This document shows, in pieces, positions 54,947 to 55,372 of a DNA stretch of 55,372 nt (positions within the stretch are counted from its first letter, which is position 1; every line of letters begins with the position of its first letter). The position numbers and the translations under genes are program-made. The notes under the pieces were generated by a model, which saw only the letters and a list, made by a program, of their open reading frames with translations, ran no database searches and was not told the DNA's origin. Source of the stretch: a virus (lineage: Duplodnaviria; Caudoviricetes); the IMG/VR virus record IMGVR_UViG_3300027978_000009, positions 1-55,372 of that record; one strand, given 5' to 3'.

Positions 54947-54975
54947 AGTATAGCACATCTAGATATTTTTTGCAG
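54947..54975 (-). promoter_or_regulatory. sigma70 promoter P7 (CTGCAA-17-TATACT, extended -10)
   Basis: Minus strand CTGCAA aaaatatctagatgtgc TATACT. Confidence 0.7.
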
Positions 54976-55372
54976 GACGCAGTTTTCCCTTCGCGTGTCG
55001 TTTTTCGACTCCGTTAGGTTTTAGCGGCTTTGATTCGAGAGTTTTCTTTTCAGTCCATCGATACTTTTTCGCTAGCGGATATTGCCTCAGCTCATCGGAA
55101 GAGGGCACATCCACCCCTTCTCCGAGGAGGAGGTCTTACTGCAGCACAAAAACGGGCGGCTTGGGATTGGCTAGCGTTACAGTAAAAGGGACGACGTTAC
55201 TAGGACCGCTCTCCCGACCTCCTGTATCAACGGTCGTTGCATGACAGCTGTGACTGCCAAGAGCGAAAGAACCTGCGGGCGCTTCCCACCTTTCGTCTGC
55301 ACCGGGTTGATTGGTCTGTTCCCAGATCGCAGTAGCACCACCGTCGCAATAAATTTTGTAGCTTGCGATCTC

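Larger units (their letters stand above)
1..55372. mobile_element. dsDNA tailed bacteriophage genome (partial; podovirus-like, probably lytic)
   Basis: Terminase, portal, major capsid, tail/ejection, lysis and DNA replication modules fill the window. No host housekeeping genes and no integrase are seen. The two ends do not overlap and the first ORF runs off the left edge. Confidence 0.97.

Noticed and set aside
1-55372. tRNA genes, introns/inteins, integrase/att sites, terminal repeats
   Set aside because: No cloverleaf or T-loop signature in the short intergenic gaps. Pol, TerL and helicases have uninterrupted motif spacing. The two window ends share no sequence.

Overview
The whole window is a near-complete but truncated genome of a dsDNA tailed bacteriophage. 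It looks podovirus-like: no tape measure, tail tube or sheath gene is recognisable, and there is no integrase, tRNA or CRISPR array. There are three blocks. (1) 1-7.8 kb, minus strand: early cassettes of small genes plus an SF1 helicase and a DUF932-like protein, each cassette with a near-consensus sigma70 promoter. (2) 7.8-19.7 kb: a Prim-Pol/helicase gene divergent from a replication/recombination operon (UDG-family-4::PolA fusion, Cas4-like nuclease, Sak4-like ATPase, SSB-like protein, SNF2-like helicase, VRR-NUC-like nuclease, MazG-like protein, HAD phosphatase). (3) 54.3-19.5 kb, minus strand: terminase, portal, GroES, scaffold, capsid, adaptors, fibres, lysis genes and low-complexity ejection-type proteins. 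The most striking unexplained signals are: a [YF]xxGG(x)V / GGLA short motif repeated about 20 times across five unrelated virion-module proteins; an 18-bp palindromic operator (CACA-N2-AGCGCT-N2-TGTG) in or over seven promoters, plus a CTATTTAACATAAT element upstream of four of them; an unannotated PSM-like 17-aa amphipathic peptide; and histone-like polybasic tails on several replication proteins. All protein family calls come from motif recognition by eye, not database searches.
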